Below the pieces are notes generated by a model. That model had not been told where the DNA came from, did not search any database, and saw only the letters and a list, made by a program, of their open reading frames with translations. The position numbers and the translations under genes are program-made. DNA of 64,000 bases from Candidatus Minthousia equi. GTDB lineage: Bacteria; Bacteroidota; Bacteroidia; Bacteroidales; Bacteroidaceae. The stretch spans positions 167 through 64,166 of the forward strand of contig JAGHTY010000093.1 of NCBI GenBank assembly GCA_018065125.1, given 5' to 3'. How positions within the stretch are numbered: the stretch's first letter is position 1; each line of letters begins with the position of its first letter. Shown here one piece after another: positions 37,348-47,329 of this stretch.

Positions 37348-38550
37348 ATGAAAAGAATAGTAATATCTGTCCTGCTTTGCGGTGCCTTTTTGGTACCTGC
37401 AAAGGCACAGGACGATATCTTAAATACTGCAGGTGAGTTGCTGGATATGTTCTTCCAGTACCTGGGTGCTGCTCAGATTGATGAGATTCCTATAGACAGC
37501 AACCGGTTAGATTCTGTTCAGTGGCAATCTACCCCTGTGGGTGGCATGAAGTTGCTGAAACAGAAGAATCTTGGCGACTGGAACATCAAGGCTGGTGACT
37601 ATAGTGGTATTGTGTGGCTGGGAGAACGCAACTTTGCTGTGGTGAGTGATAAGGAACGTACCGATGGCTATATACCATTCCTGATAGACATCAATCTAGA
37701 TAATGGAAATCTGGAAAATGTGTATCGCTTTGACAAAGTGCAAGGTAATCCTCATCCTCGTTATGGCTTGGGTGGACAGAATACCATGCGTGACTGTGAG
37801 GGTATCGCTTATTTTCCATCCAACAATTCCTTTTTCATTGCAGGAGAAGGTGACCAACGTATCTTGGAGTATGATGCTCATGGCAAACCAACTGGCAGGG
37901 AATTGGCTGTGCCCAAACAGTTTGGAATAGACTGTATTTACAAGAATTATGGATTTGAGTCGTTGACATACTCCCCAGAAAATCATCGCTTTTGGACAAC
38001 AACAGAATCGGTGTTAAAGGCTGATGGAGAACCTGCCGGATTCAAGAATCCTAATTCTTTGAACGTGTTACGTATACAGTCGTTTGGCGATGACTTGAAA
38101 CCCAAGGAACAGTATGCTTACCGTATGGATAAGTGTACTGTAAAAAAGCAGAATGATACTTATGCTTATGGCGTGTCAGAACTGTTGGCATTGCCTGATG
38201 GTCGTTTGCTGGTGCTGGAAAGAGAATTCTATGTGGCAGAACGCTATGCTGGCAGTTATGTGAACCACAGATTGTATGTGGTTGATCCAAAGAGAAGTCA
38301 TCAGATATCCTTCGCTACCTCATTGAAGAATCTTACCGAGAACCAGTTCATGGAGAAAAAACTGGTTACCGAGTTTAAAACAGAACTGAAAATAGGTAAG
38401 ATGAACCTGGCCAATTACGAAGGTATGTGTCTTGGGCCTAAGTTGAATGATGGTAGGCAAACTGTCATTCTAATTAGTGATTCGCAGCATAATTATGGTA
38501 ATTCTTTTTTTCATCTGAAGGACTATATGCGTGTCTTGATAATCGGGTAA
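37348..38550 (+). CDS. secreted phytase-like esterase family protein
   Basis: It has a signal peptide (..VPAKAQ) and beta-propeller-like motifs recalling PF13449-type proteins (CEGIAYFP, GFESLTYSP, LLVLEREF, NYEGMCLGP). The family assignment is made from memory of those motifs only. Confidence 0.6.
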   Translation: MKRIVISVLLCGAFLVPAKAQDDILNTAGELLDMFFQYLGAAQIDEIPIDSNRLDSVQWQSTPVGGMKLLKQKNLGDWNIKAGDYSGIVWLGERNFAVVSDKERTDGYIPFLIDINLDNGNLENVYRFDKVQGNPHPRYGLGGQNTMRDCEGIAYFPSNNSFFIAGEGDQRILEYDAHGKPTGRELAVPKQFGIDCIYKNYGFESLTYSPENHRFWTTTESVLKADGEPAGFKNPNSLNVLRIQSFGDDLKPKEQYAYRMDKCTVKKQNDTYAYGVSELLALPDGRLLVLEREFYVAERYAGSYVNHRLYVVDPKRSHQISFATSLKNLTENQFMEKKLVTEFKTELKIGKMNLANYEGMCLGPKLNDGRQTVILISDSQHNYGNSFFHLKDYMRVLIIG

Positions 38551-38593
38551 AAGTTTGCCACTCTAAAGTTTTTTCCCTACTTTTGCAGAAGAT

Positions 38594-39667
38594 ATGCAAA
38601 TTATGAAAAAGTTAGGACTCTTATCAATATGTTTGTTTTGGACTGTATGCGTTATGGCACAGCCCAAGATGAAATTTAACAAAGAAATAAACGACTTTGG
38701 TACAGTGTTGTGGGCAAACCCTGCAACTGCTGTGTTCGAGGTTACAAATACAGGTAATACGCCATTGGTTATCAATGATGTGCAGACATCTTGTGCCTGC
38801 ACGGTGGCCGATTGGCCTCGTACTCCAATTGCTCCAGGAGCAAGTGCTGCCGTAACAGCGGTGTTTGATGCAAAAGCGTTGGGCACTTTTTATAAGGAGG
38901 TAATGATAGCTAGCAATGCAACAACAGAGCCAGTGTACCTGCAGATGCGTGGAAAGGTTGTGGCTAACAATGATGAAATTGCTGTTGATGAAAGCTTTGA
39001 ATATGCCATGGGTGATGTGCGTATGAACAAGGATGCTCTTTCGTTCGATGCAGTGAACCGTGGTTCTGATCCAGTAGAGGAAATTCTGGTAATGAACACT
39101 AGTCGAGCTTCTTTTGAACCAGTATTGATGCATCTTCCAGACTATTTGGAAGTAACTTGTATCCCACAGCGTATTCCTGCAGGACGTACTGGTAAGTTGC
39201 AAGTGAAGTTGTTGACAGACAAGTTGAATGACATGGGATTGACACAAACTTCTGTTTACCTTTCACGTTACTTTGGTGATAAGGTAGGAGAAGAGAACGA
39301 AATCCCTGTTTCTGTAGTATTGCTGCCAGATTTCTCAAACCTGACTGCTAGTCAGAAGGCTCGTGCTCCACATGCTCAGTTATCTACCACTCAATTGAAG
39401 ATTTCTTTGGCAAAAAAGGCTAAGGGCAATGGAACTATTACAATCAAGAACGTAGGTTTAAGCACTTTGAAGATAGACCGTTTGCAGGTGTTTAGTCCTG
39501 CCATTGGTGTGAGCCTGCCTAAAAAGGAAATTGCAGCAGGCGCTACCGTTAAAATGAAGATCACGGTTCAGAAGGATAAGTTGAAAAAGAATAGAAGACC
39601 TCGTATTCTGATGATTACCAACGATCCTGATCAACCAGAACAAATCATAACCATTCAGACAGAATAA
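38594..39667 (+). CDS. DUF1573 domain protein
   Basis: It has a signal peptide and a DUF1573-like N-terminal module (FNKEINDFGTV.....FEVTNTGNTPLVINDVQTSCACTV). The start is the ATG at 38594 or 38603, and a -7 box ends at 38595. Confidence 0.75.
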   Translation: MQIMKKLGLLSICLFWTVCVMAQPKMKFNKEINDFGTVLWANPATAVFEVTNTGNTPLVINDVQTSCACTVADWPRTPIAPGASAAVTAVFDAKALGTFYKEVMIASNATTEPVYLQMRGKVVANNDEIAVDESFEYAMGDVRMNKDALSFDAVNRGSDPVEEILVMNTSRASFEPVLMHLPDYLEVTCIPQRIPAGRTGKLQVKLLTDKLNDMGLTQTSVYLSRYFGDKVGEENEIPVSVVLLPDFSNLTASQKARAPHAQLSTTQLKISLAKKAKGNGTITIKNVGLSTLKIDRLQVFSPAIGVSLPKKEIAAGATVKMKITVQKDKLKKNRRPRILMITNDPDQPEQIITIQTE

Positions 39668-39672
39668 AAGAT

Positions 39673-40773
39673 ATGGAACATCCTGAGAATGATGAGGCTT
39701 ATAAGGGCCTAACAGTTAATTCTGGTATTATTCATCCAGATTCGGTAAATCCATATTTAAAGGCTTCACGCTTCAAGCGTCGTGAGTTGTCGGTAAACGA
39801 CTATGTAGAGGGTATTATCAAAGGCGATACAGTGATTCTGAGTCGTGCCGTTACCTTGATTGAAAGTCTTTTGCCACAGCATCAGGCATTGGCGCAGGAG
39901 GTGATAGAGAAGTGCTTGCCTTATTCTGGCAATTCTGTACGTGTAGGCATTAGTGGTGTGCCTGGTGCAGGAAAGAGTACTTCTATTGATGTATTTGGTA
40001 CCCATATTCTTGAGGAGAAGGGCGGTAAACTAGCAGTTTTGGCCATTGATCCAAGTAGCGAGCGTACCAAGGGAAGCATTTTGGGTGACAAGACCCGTAT
40101 GGAGAAGTTGTCGGTTCATCCTAAGTCTTTTATTCGTCCTAGTCCGTCGGCAGGTTCTCTGGGTGGTGTTGCGCGTAAAACGCGTGAAACTATTATTCTT
40201 TGTGAGGCAGCAGGTTTTGATAAAATTTTTGTGGAAACCGTAGGAGTGGGACAGAGTGAGACTGCTGTACATTCTATGGTTGACTTCTTTCTCCTATTGC
40301 AGGTGGCTGGTACTGGCGATGAATTGCAGGGTATCAAGCGTGGTATTATGGAAATGGCAGATGGCATTGTTATCAATAAATGTGATGGAGACAATGTTGA
40401 GCGCTCGAACTTGGCTGCGTCTCATTTCAGAAATGCTCTTCACCTTTTCCCAATGCCAGATAGTGGATGGGCGCCAAAGGTACTTACTTATTCAGGCTTC
40501 TATGGATTGGGCATCAAGGAAATCTGGGATATGATTTATCAGTATGTAGATTTCGTTAAGGCAAATGGTTACTTCCAGTACCGCAGAAATGAGCAGAACA
40601 AATACTGGATGTATGAAAGCATTAATGAAAACCTGCGAAATAGTTTCTACAACAATGCCAGTGTGGATGCCATGTTAGCAATGAAAGAAGAGCAGGTGTT
40701 ACAAGGAAAAGTAACTTCCTTTGCTGCTGCCAAACAATTACTTGATTTATATTTTGCCCAAATGAAGAAATAA
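39673..40773 (+). CDS. meaB: methylmalonyl-CoA mutase-associated GTPase (ArgK/MeaB family)
   Basis: It has the G3E P-loop GVPGAGKST, the ETVGVGQSE switch, and NKCD-type specificity (VINKCDGDN). Confidence 0.9.
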   Translation: MEHPENDEAYKGLTVNSGIIHPDSVNPYLKASRFKRRELSVNDYVEGIIKGDTVILSRAVTLIESLLPQHQALAQEVIEKCLPYSGNSVRVGISGVPGAGKSTSIDVFGTHILEEKGGKLAVLAIDPSSERTKGSILGDKTRMEKLSVHPKSFIRPSPSAGSLGGVARKTRETIILCEAAGFDKIFVETVGVGQSETAVHSMVDFFLLLQVAGTGDELQGIKRGIMEMADGIVINKCDGDNVERSNLAASHFRNALHLFPMPDSGWAPKVLTYSGFYGLGIKEIWDMIYQYVDFVKANGYFQYRRNEQNKYWMYESINENLRNSFYNNASVDAMLAMKEEQVLQGKVTSFAAAKQLLDLYFAQMKK

Positions 40774-40806
40774 AAGAAGGAGGTTTTTCAAAAACCTCCT
40801 TCTTTT
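40772..40806. terminator. bidirectional hairpin between the meaB and ispH 3' ends
   Basis: The sequence aaaagaaggaggttttt ca aaaacctccttctttt is a near-perfect palindrome and overlaps the ispH stop codon. Confidence 0.8.
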
Positions 40807-41671
40807 ATTCTTGTATTTTGTTGGCGTAGTCTCGGCATTGCTCCATTAGCCATTTAGGTGTAGATGTGGCACCACAAATGCCTATCGTTTCGGCTTTTTC
40901 TATCCATTCCTTCTTGATTTCCTGAGGACTATCTACCAGATAGGTATTTGGATTTACCTTTTTGCACTCATTGTAAAGTACCTTCCCATTTGAACTTTTC
41001 TTGCCGCAAACAAACAGAACAAGGTCGTGCTTGCTAGCAAACTGGCAGATGTTTGGCATACGGTTGGCAACTTGGCGACAGATAGTATCGAAGTACTTGA
41101 ATGAAGCAGTTGGGGAAATGTGCTGCTGGATGTAATTCACCACTTTCCTAAAGCCGTCCAATGACTTTGTCGTTTGTGAGAAGAGATAAATGTCGTTGTT
41201 GAAATCTAGTTTTTCAACTTCTTCTGGTGTTTCAATAACTATGGCTTTACCTTCGGTTTGTCCTACTAGACCTAGAACTTCTGCATGACCATTTTTCCCA
41301 AAAATCACAATTTGCTGCTTGTCGTTGCTTAATTGGTCATAAACAACCTTGATGCGTTGTTGTAACCGAAGCACAACGGGGCATGTGGCGTCTATCAACT
41401 GGATGTTGTTACGTTGTGCTTGCTGGTATGTTTGCGGTGGTTCGCCGTGTGCACGAAATAGTACGCGAACATCGTGCAGTTTTGAGAACGCTTCATGGTC
41501 AATGGTATCCAGTCCTAAAAGACGAAGTCTCTCGCATTCTTGTCCATTATGCACAATATCACCTAGACAGTATAATTTGTGGTTCTTGGTAAGTTCTTCT
41601 TCTACCTTGCTAATGGCAGTTGTCACTCCAAAGCAGAAACCAGAACTTTGGTCTATTTCAATATCTTTCAT
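40805..41671 (-). CDS. ispH: 4-hydroxy-3-methylbut-2-enyl diphosphate reductase
   Basis: It has GFCFGV, the ATCPVV cysteine ligands and GxxSSN (GKKSSNG). I set the start at the ATG at 41671, which overlaps the cmk stop in an ATGA arrangement. Confidence 0.93.
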   Translation of the reverse strand: MKDIEIDQSSGFCFGVTTAISKVEEELTKNHKLYCLGDIVHNGQECERLRLLGLDTIDHEAFSKLHDVRVLFRAHGEPPQTYQQAQRNNIQLIDATCPVVLRLQQRIKVVYDQLSNDKQQIVIFGKNGHAEVLGLVGQTEGKAIVIETPEEVEKLDFNNDIYLFSQTTKSLDGFRKVVNYIQQHISPTASFKYFDTICRQVANRMPNICQFASKHDLVLFVCGKKSSNGKVLYNECKKVNPNTYLVDSPQEIKKEWIEKAETIGICGATSTPKWLMEQCRDYANKIQE

Positions 41672-42354
41672 TGAATTGCCTTTTCGTATTGTTCCTTTAA
41701 CCAAGCCTTCTGCTCTTCAATGGTTAGATTGCTGTTGTCTAACAAGATAGCATCGTCTGCCTGCTTCAATGGACTTACCTCACGCGTCATGTCAAGTTGG
41801 TCACGCTCCTTTACATTCTCAAGGATAGATTCAAATGAGGCTTCTTGTCCTTTTGCTTTCAGTTCGTCGTATCTGCGCTGTGCTCTAACCTCGGCAGAAG
41901 CAGTAACGAAAATCTTCAATTCGGCATCGGGAAAGACCGTTGTTCCGATGTCACGACCGTCCATTACAATGCCTTTGTTCTGACCCATTTCCTGCTGCAG
42001 TTTTACCATGGCAGTACGCACAAATCCTAAGGCTGCAATATGACTAACCCTTGAGGATACTTCCATGCCTCGGATTTCTTGCTCTACATTTATATTATTT
42101 AAATAGGTGACAGGACGCTGTGTCTCGGCATCCAGTTGGAAAGAAATATGCACATCCTGTATTTTATCTTCCAGGACGTCAACATCCACACCCTGTTCGT
42201 TGAATAGCCCATTCTGCATGGCAAAGAGGGTTACAGCACGATACATGGCACCGCTATCTACATAGATGTATCCGATCTCTTTGGCCAAGTCTTTTGCCAT
42301 GGTACTCTTTCCGCAAGAAGAGAAACCATCAATTGCAATTGTAATCTTTTTCAT
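41668..42354 (-). CDS. cmk: cytidylate kinase
   Basis: It begins [18 protein letters not shown] (P-loop) and has the GRDIGT motif. The start is at 42354, with a -7 box at 42385-42392. Confidence 0.93.
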   Translation of the reverse strand: MKKITIAIDGFSSCGKSTMAKDLAKEIGYIYVDSGAMYRAVTLFAMQNGLFNEQGVDVDVLEDKIQDVHISFQLDAETQRPVTYLNNINVEQEIRGMEVSSRVSHIAALGFVRTAMVKLQQEMGQNKGIVMDGRDIGTTVFPDAELKIFVTASAEVRAQRRYDELKAKGQEASFESILENVKERDQLDMTREVSPLKQADDAILLDNSNLTIEEQKAWLKEQYEKAIQ

Positions 42355-42384
42355 ATATAGAAAATGCTTTATTGTTTCCGACTT

Positions 42385-42392
42385 CAAAGATA
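42385..42392 (-). promoter_or_regulatory. -7 box (TAtcTTTG) for cmk-ispH
   Basis: The plus strand reads caaagata, 31 nt upstream of the cmk ATG at 42354. Confidence 0.5.
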
Positions 42393-42519
42393 CGCCTATT
42401 TTTGATTTTAGTTGCCATTTTTACCCATTTTAGTGCATGTAAAAGGGGAAAAAACGAAAAAAGTAAGCCTTTGCGAAAAAAAAATGAAGGAAAACAATGC
42501 ATGAAAGAAAAAAAAGTGG

Positions 42520-42527
42520 TACATTTG
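42520..42527 (+). promoter_or_regulatory. -7 box (TAcaTTTG) for tonB
   Basis: tacatttg lies 42 nt upstream of the ATG at 42569. A second candidate, tatttttg, lies at 42397-42404. Confidence 0.4.
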
Positions 42528-42568
42528 CCACTACCAATGAAGAACATGTAAAAATAAATAGAATAATT

Positions 42569-43300
42569 ATGGAATTAAACCAGTCACAAAGCTTGATTGA
42601 AATCAAGAAATCAGAGCAGGCAGATTTGGAAAAATCAAAAGGTACAGGTTTCCTGATCGGTTTGACTCTTTCTCTTGGTTTACTTTTCGTAGGTTTCGCT
42701 TGGACAGAGCGCGAACAGAAGATTGACTTGAGCGATGCCGTTCAGGACCTCGTTTTGGAGGATGAAATGGTTCCTATTACTCAGCAGGAACAGAAATTGC
42801 CACCTCCACCACCAGATGCACCTTCTGTAGTAGAAGAAATTAAGATTGTAGAAAACGATACCAAGATGGAGGAATCTGCAATCCAGTCTACTGAGGATAC
42901 TAACCAGCAGGTTGAGGTTCCACCAGTACAGGCTGTAAAGAAGGAAGAACCAAAGGTAGTTGTTGAGGAAGTTGACGACGAGCAGACAATCTTCCAGGTC
43001 GTAGAAAACCAGCCAGAGTTCCCTGGTGGCCAGAGCGCTTTGATGCAGTATCTTTCTAAGAACATCAAGTACCCACCTGTAGCTGCAGAAAACGGTGTTC
43101 AGGGTCGTGTAATTGTTCAGTTCGTTGTAAACAAGGATGGTTCTATCGTTGATGCAGTTGTTGCACGTTCTATTGACCCAGCTTTGGATAAGGAAGCACT
43201 TCGCGTGGTTAACAGCATGCCTAAGTGGAAGCCAGGTGAGCAGCGCGGTAAGAAGGTACGTGTACGTTACACATTGCCTGTAACATTCAAACTTCAGTAA
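42569..43300 (+). CDS. tonB: energy transducer TonB
   Basis: It has an N-terminal anchor, a Pro/Glu-rich spacer (QKLPPPPPDAPS), and a C-terminal TonB domain (PEFPGGQSALMQYLSKNIKYP.., GRVIVQFVVNKDG). I trimmed the start to the ATG at 42569, downstream of the -7 box at 42520. Confidence 0.85.
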   Translation: MELNQSQSLIEIKKSEQADLEKSKGTGFLIGLTLSLGLLFVGFAWTEREQKIDLSDAVQDLVLEDEMVPITQQEQKLPPPPPDAPSVVEEIKIVENDTKMEESAIQSTEDTNQQVEVPPVQAVKKEEPKVVVEEVDDEQTIFQVVENQPEFPGGQSALMQYLSKNIKYPPVAAENGVQGRVIVQFVVNKDGSIVDAVVARSIDPALDKEALRVVNSMPKWKPGEQRGKKVRVRYTLPVTFKLQ

Positions 43301-43320
43301 TTAATTCTGATATCAAAATA

Positions 43321-43350
43321 GAAGAGGCTGCTTATTGGCAGCCTCTTTTG
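43321..43350 (+). terminator. intrinsic terminator after tonB
   Basis: A 9-bp stem pairs agaggctgc (43323-43331) with gcagcctct (43338-43346). The loop is ttattg, followed by tttg. Confidence 0.8.
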
Positions 43351-43365
43351 TTCAACTCAAAATTC

Positions 43366-44340
43366 ATGTTTACTCCAATTCAGTATCAAAATCTGGTAAA
43401 CGATTATTTGGCTAATATGCCTTATGATCGTGAACCTGCACGCTTATATGTTCCGGTAAAATACGAACTATCTTTAGGTGGAAAACGTATTCGTCCTGTA
43501 TTGATGCTTATGGCCTATCATTTGCTGAAGGATGATGTGAAAAGTATTCTTCCTGTGGCAATAGGTTTGGAAACTTACCACAACTACACTCTTGTCCATG
43601 ACGATATTATGGATCATGCTGAGATGCGTCGTGGTAAACCAACAGTTCATTGCAAATGGGATGAAACCACGGCATTGCTAGCTAGCGAGGTCATGGTGCT
43701 ACACTCGTATCAAGGTGTGATGCAGGCCAAGTCAGAGTGCTTGAAGGCTTTGCTGGATGTGTTCTCTGAAACTGCATTGGAGATTAGTGAGGGTCAGCAA
43801 TATGACATTGAGTTCGAGAATCGCCAGGATGTAACCGAAGAAGAGTATATAGAGATGATTCGTCTTAAGACATCTGTATTGTTGGCATGTGCTCTGAAAA
43901 TGGGTGCTATACAAGGAGGTGCATCTGAGAAGGATTGCGAACTGCTTTACAAGTTTGGTGAAAAGTTTGGCTTGGCGTTTCAGCTGCAGGATGATTATCT
44001 GGATGTTTATGGTAATGCTCAGACTTTTGGAAAAAACATCGGTGGAGATATTCTTTGCAACAAGAAAACCTATATGCTTATCAATGCAACCAATCTGGCA
44101 ACGGGTAAAACTGCTGAGTATTTGACGAAATGGATAGAGTCAAAAGACTTTGTGCCAGAAGAAAAAGTGGCTGCAGTTACTGCTATTTATAATGAGTTAG
44201 GCATAAAGGAACTATGCCAGAAAAAGATTCAGTCGTTCTACGATGAAGCATATAGCCTATGGCAGCAAATGTCATTCCCGATTGAGCGCAAGCAGGTGCT
44301 TTGGGATTATGTAACCTCTATGTTAAACCGTACATTCTAA
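43366..44340 (+). CDS. polyprenyl diphosphate synthase family protein
   Basis: It has the first Asp-rich motif LVHDDIMD and the second LQDDYLD, plus GKRIRP. The start is at the ATG at 43366, because the TTG at 43348 lies inside the tonB terminator. Confidence 0.88.
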   Translation: MFTPIQYQNLVNDYLANMPYDREPARLYVPVKYELSLGGKRIRPVLMLMAYHLLKDDVKSILPVAIGLETYHNYTLVHDDIMDHAEMRRGKPTVHCKWDETTALLASEVMVLHSYQGVMQAKSECLKALLDVFSETALEISEGQQYDIEFENRQDVTEEEYIEMIRLKTSVLLACALKMGAIQGGASEKDCELLYKFGEKFGLAFQLQDDYLDVYGNAQTFGKNIGGDILCNKKTYMLINATNLATGKTAEYLTKWIESKDFVPEEKVAAVTAIYNELGIKELCQKKIQSFYDEAYSLWQQMSFPIERKQVLWDYVTSMLNRTF

Positions 44341-44343
44341 TAT

Positions 44344-45054
44344 ATGCCTTATAGACGACTCCCAAAAACCGACGCAGGACGTATCAAGGCTATGAAAACA
44401 GTTCTTGATAAGGAAGAAGCGTTTAACTCTCGTACTAGAATAGTTGAGTGGAAAACACTTTCTGCTATTCAATTAGCGTATGACAAGTTCATGGGAGCCT
44501 ATCTCTATCATGCAGGTTGTAAGAAAAATCAGGTAAAGCATTCTGGCGAAGGAGATCCATCCAAGGCAAAAGCCAGGATGTTTGTCTCTCATTTTATCCA
44601 AGTACTGAACTTGGCAGTTCAGCGTGGTGAAATTAGGGCAAGTTACAAACCCTTGTACGGATTGCAAGAGGATGACTATACAGTACCCGATTTAACCTCT
44701 AACGAGCAATTGGTATTTTGGGGAAAGAATATAATAAAAGGTGAGAAAGAACGTCTGAAGAAGGGTGGAGTACCTGTTACAAATCCTTCGATAGCCAAGG
44801 TTTCTGTTCATTTTGATATTTTCTTCGAGCAATACAGTCGTCAGAAGCGTTTGCAGGAGTTAACGTCGAATAGCGGTACCGACCTTGGCCAGTTGCGTGA
44901 AGAAACCGATAAGGTAATCTTGGATTTGTGGAATCAGGTTGAAGCTGCTTATGCCAATCTTCCTTTAGCAGAACGCTATGCCAGGTGTATGGATTATGGT
45001 GTTGTGTATTATTACCGAAGAAAAGAACCCCATATTGAAGGTCTTGATCTATGA
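44344..45054 (+). CDS. hypothetical protein (236 aa), translationally coupled to tatD
   Basis: The ATG lies 3 nt after the upstream stop, and its own stop overlaps the tatD ATG (ATGA). The composition is basic and protein-like. I recognise no motif. Confidence 0.65.
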   Translation: MPYRRLPKTDAGRIKAMKTVLDKEEAFNSRTRIVEWKTLSAIQLAYDKFMGAYLYHAGCKKNQVKHSGEGDPSKAKARMFVSHFIQVLNLAVQRGEIRASYKPLYGLQEDDYTVPDLTSNEQLVFWGKNIIKGEKERLKKGGVPVTNPSIAKVSVHFDIFFEQYSRQKRLQELTSNSGTDLGQLREETDKVILDLWNQVEAAYANLPLAERYARCMDYGVVYYYRRKEPHIEGLDL

Positions 45055-45857
45055 AAATCATCGACACTCACTCTCATATCTACCTTGAGGAATTTGACCA
45101 AGATCGCCTCGAGGTGATGGAAAGAGCGCAGGCAGCGGGTGTGGAGAAGATTATGCTGCCTGCTATTGACATGAAAACCTTACCTCGCTTATTAGCTATG
45201 TGTAAGGAATATCCTCAGTCTTGTTTTCCAATGTTAGGCTTGCATCCAACAGAACTGGATGAGAACTATGCCTATACGCTTTCGCAGATGAAAGATTTTC
45301 TGCGTGAAGGACATCCTTTTTTGGCAATAGGCGAGGTGGGACTGGATTTTTACTGGGACGAAACCTTTAGGAAAGAACAATTAGCTGCTTTCGATACGCA
45401 AATTCAATGGTCTCTTGAATATGGATTGCCGCTGATTATTCACGCGCGTTCGGCTCATTGTGAATTGGTGAATACCTTATATAATTATAAAGACGAACCC
45501 CTTTGTGGAATTTTCCATTGTTTTTCTGGTACACCAGAAGAAAGAGATGAACTGTTAGATTTTCCTGGTTTTTATCTTGGTATAGGAGGCGTACTTACTT
45601 ACAAGAAGAGTACCTTGCCTCAGGTGATAGAGAATGTTCCTTTGGATCGCATTGTCGTAGAAACCGATTCTCCCTATCTTGCACCTGTTCCCCATAGGGG
45701 AAAGCGCAATGAGTCGGCATACGTTTATGATACGGTGTGCGCCTTGGCAAAGATAAAAGGTGTTGATGCCGAGCAGGTAGCTCTAATTACCACAGATAAT
45801 GCAGAAAGACTGTTTTGGGGGTGTGATTTTAACGAAAAAAGGCCAAAACAGCACTAA
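45051..45857 (+). CDS. TatD family metal-dependent hydrolase
   Basis: It begins IDTHSHI (HxH), with GEVGLDF, IHAR, FHCFSG and ETDSPYL. Confidence 0.9.
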   Translation: MKIIDTHSHIYLEEFDQDRLEVMERAQAAGVEKIMLPAIDMKTLPRLLAMCKEYPQSCFPMLGLHPTELDENYAYTLSQMKDFLREGHPFLAIGEVGLDFYWDETFRKEQLAAFDTQIQWSLEYGLPLIIHARSAHCELVNTLYNYKDEPLCGIFHCFSGTPEERDELLDFPGFYLGIGGVLTYKKSTLPQVIENVPLDRIVVETDSPYLAPVPHRGKRNESAYVYDTVCALAKIKGVDAEQVALITTDNAERLFWGCDFNEKRPKQH

Positions 45858-45915
45858 TTTTACGTCTATAAGTAAAAAAAGTGTAAGAAAACTCTTTTTT
45901 AAGTCAAAAATATAA

Positions 45916-45923
45916 TATATTTG
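45916..45923 (+). promoter_or_regulatory. -7 box (TAtaTTTG) for the exbB operon
   Basis: tatatttg lies 106 nt upstream of the exbB ATG, which implies a long leader. Confidence 0.35.
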
Positions 45924-46028
45924 TAGTTGAATTGTGTGGAAAAGGTAAAACCGCACGATTTAGCTTAAATTTGAAAGACGAGAAAAACAATAAATTAATT
46001 AATTAATCTTAAAATTTTTAGACACACA

Positions 46029-46850
46029 ATGAAAAAGTTTTTTGCAATTGTTGCAGTTATGGGCTTGATGACCTTCGGTCTGACCCAGAACGTGATGGCA
46101 CAGGAAGAGGCTACCGCTGATTCTGCCGCTACAGAGAAAGTTGATTCAGCAGCTGTTCAGGACGAGGCTCCAGCAGCAGTAGCAGACGAGGAATCTTCTA
46201 TCCAGGAAGGTGACGAGTCTTTGCACCAGGCATTGAAGACCAAGTTCATCGAAGGTGATGCTGGTTTCATGTCAATCGTAGCTTTGGCTTTGATCGTAGG
46301 TTTGGCATTCTGTATCGAGCGTATCATCTACTTGAGCTTGGCAGAAGTTAACACTAAGAAGTTGATTGATTCTGTAGAAGGTAAGTTGAAGGCTGGTGAC
46401 GTAGAAGGTGCTAAGGCAGTTGTTCGTGGCGCTCGTGGTCCTGTTGCTTCTATCTACTATCAGGGTTTGATGCACTTGGATGAGGGTCTGGACGTAGTTG
46501 AGCGTACAGTAACTTCTTACGGTGGTGTTCAGGCTGGTTATCTGGAAAGAAACTGCTCTTGGATTACTTTGTGTATTGCAATGGCTCCATCTTTGGGATT
46601 CTTGGGTACTGTAATCGGTATGGTACAGGCATTCGATAAGATCCAGCAGGCAGGTGGTATCTCTCCAACAGTTGTTGCAGGTGGTATGAAGGTTGCGTTG
46701 ATTACTACTATCTTCGGTATCGTTGTTGCATTGGTACTGCAGTTCTTCTACAACTTCATCTTGGCTAAGATCGAGTCTATCACCAGCGATATGGAGGATT
46801 CTTCAATCACTCTGTTGGATATGCTGACTAAGGCTAACCTGTCTAAGTAA
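46029..46850 (+). CDS. exbB: MotA/TolQ/ExbB proton-channel protein
   Basis: It has a signal/TM segment, an acidic N-terminal extension, and the ExbB core (APSLGFLGTVIGMVQAF, ALITTIFGI). Confidence 0.9.
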   Translation: MKKFFAIVAVMGLMTFGLTQNVMAQEEATADSAATEKVDSAAVQDEAPAAVADEESSIQEGDESLHQALKTKFIEGDAGFMSIVALALIVGLAFCIERIIYLSLAEVNTKKLIDSVEGKLKAGDVEGAKAVVRGARGPVASIYYQGLMHLDEGLDVVERTVTSYGGVQAGYLERNCSWITLCIAMAPSLGFLGTVIGMVQAFDKIQQAGGISPTVVAGGMKVALITTIFGIVVALVLQFFYNFILAKIESITSDMEDSSITLLDMLTKANLSK

Positions 46851-46872
46851 TCTTTAAAAAACTAGAGAAACA

Positions 46873-47307
46873 ATGAAAGAAAATAAATTGTCATACTACG
46901 CGCTGATCGTCTGCTTCATCCTCACTGCAGTGGTGTTCGGACTGTTCTTCTTCGTAGGTTATGATCAGGAAGAAAACGGCTATGTGGCTCCTCAGTTCAC
47001 AGAGACCTTGATCTTCTTGATGTACATCATGGCTGCCGTTGCAGGCGTGCTCACCTTGATCAGCTTCTTCAAGGGTGTTGCGCTGGGTGGTGCAGCAATG
47101 ATTAAGAGAGTTGCTCTGGTTTGGGGCATGGCTGCTGTTGCAGTTGTTATCGGCTTCGCTTTGAGTTCTGACGCTCCTGTAACTTTGGCAGATGGTACTC
47201 AGGTAGCATCTCGCATCTCTGATGTGATGATCATTGCTATCTACATCTTGTCAGCTGTTGCTTTGTTGGGTTTGATTGCAAGTCTTACTGGTATCTTGAA
47301 AAAGTAA
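46873..47307 (+). CDS. hypothetical four-helix membrane protein in the exbB-exbD operon
   Basis: 144 aa with four hydrophobic segments. It lies between exbB and exbD, an arrangement recurrent in Bacteroidota. Confidence 0.65.
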   Translation: MKENKLSYYALIVCFILTAVVFGLFFFVGYDQEENGYVAPQFTETLIFLMYIMAAVAGVLTLISFFKGVALGGAAMIKRVALVWGMAAVAVVIGFALSSDAPVTLADGTQVASRISDVMIIAIYILSAVALLGLIASLTGILKK

Positions 47308-47329
47308 CTAATAAATAAGAAAAACTATT

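Noticed and set aside
38624-39247. 207-aa minus-strand ORF inside the DUF1573 gene (and similar ones at 63032-63670 in galM, 36986-37408 across pepD, and 519-959 across DUF4834/pssA)
   Set aside because: All are antisense to genes with clear family motifs, and their products are Cys/His/Leu-rich nonsense-like sequences. They look like a codon-bias artefact.
39673-40773. Orphan meaB considered as a marker of a hidden methylmalonyl-CoA mutase cluster
   Set aside because: No mutase subunits lie within the window. MeaB-family GTPases are often encoded apart from their partners, so nothing unusual can be concluded from the sequence alone.
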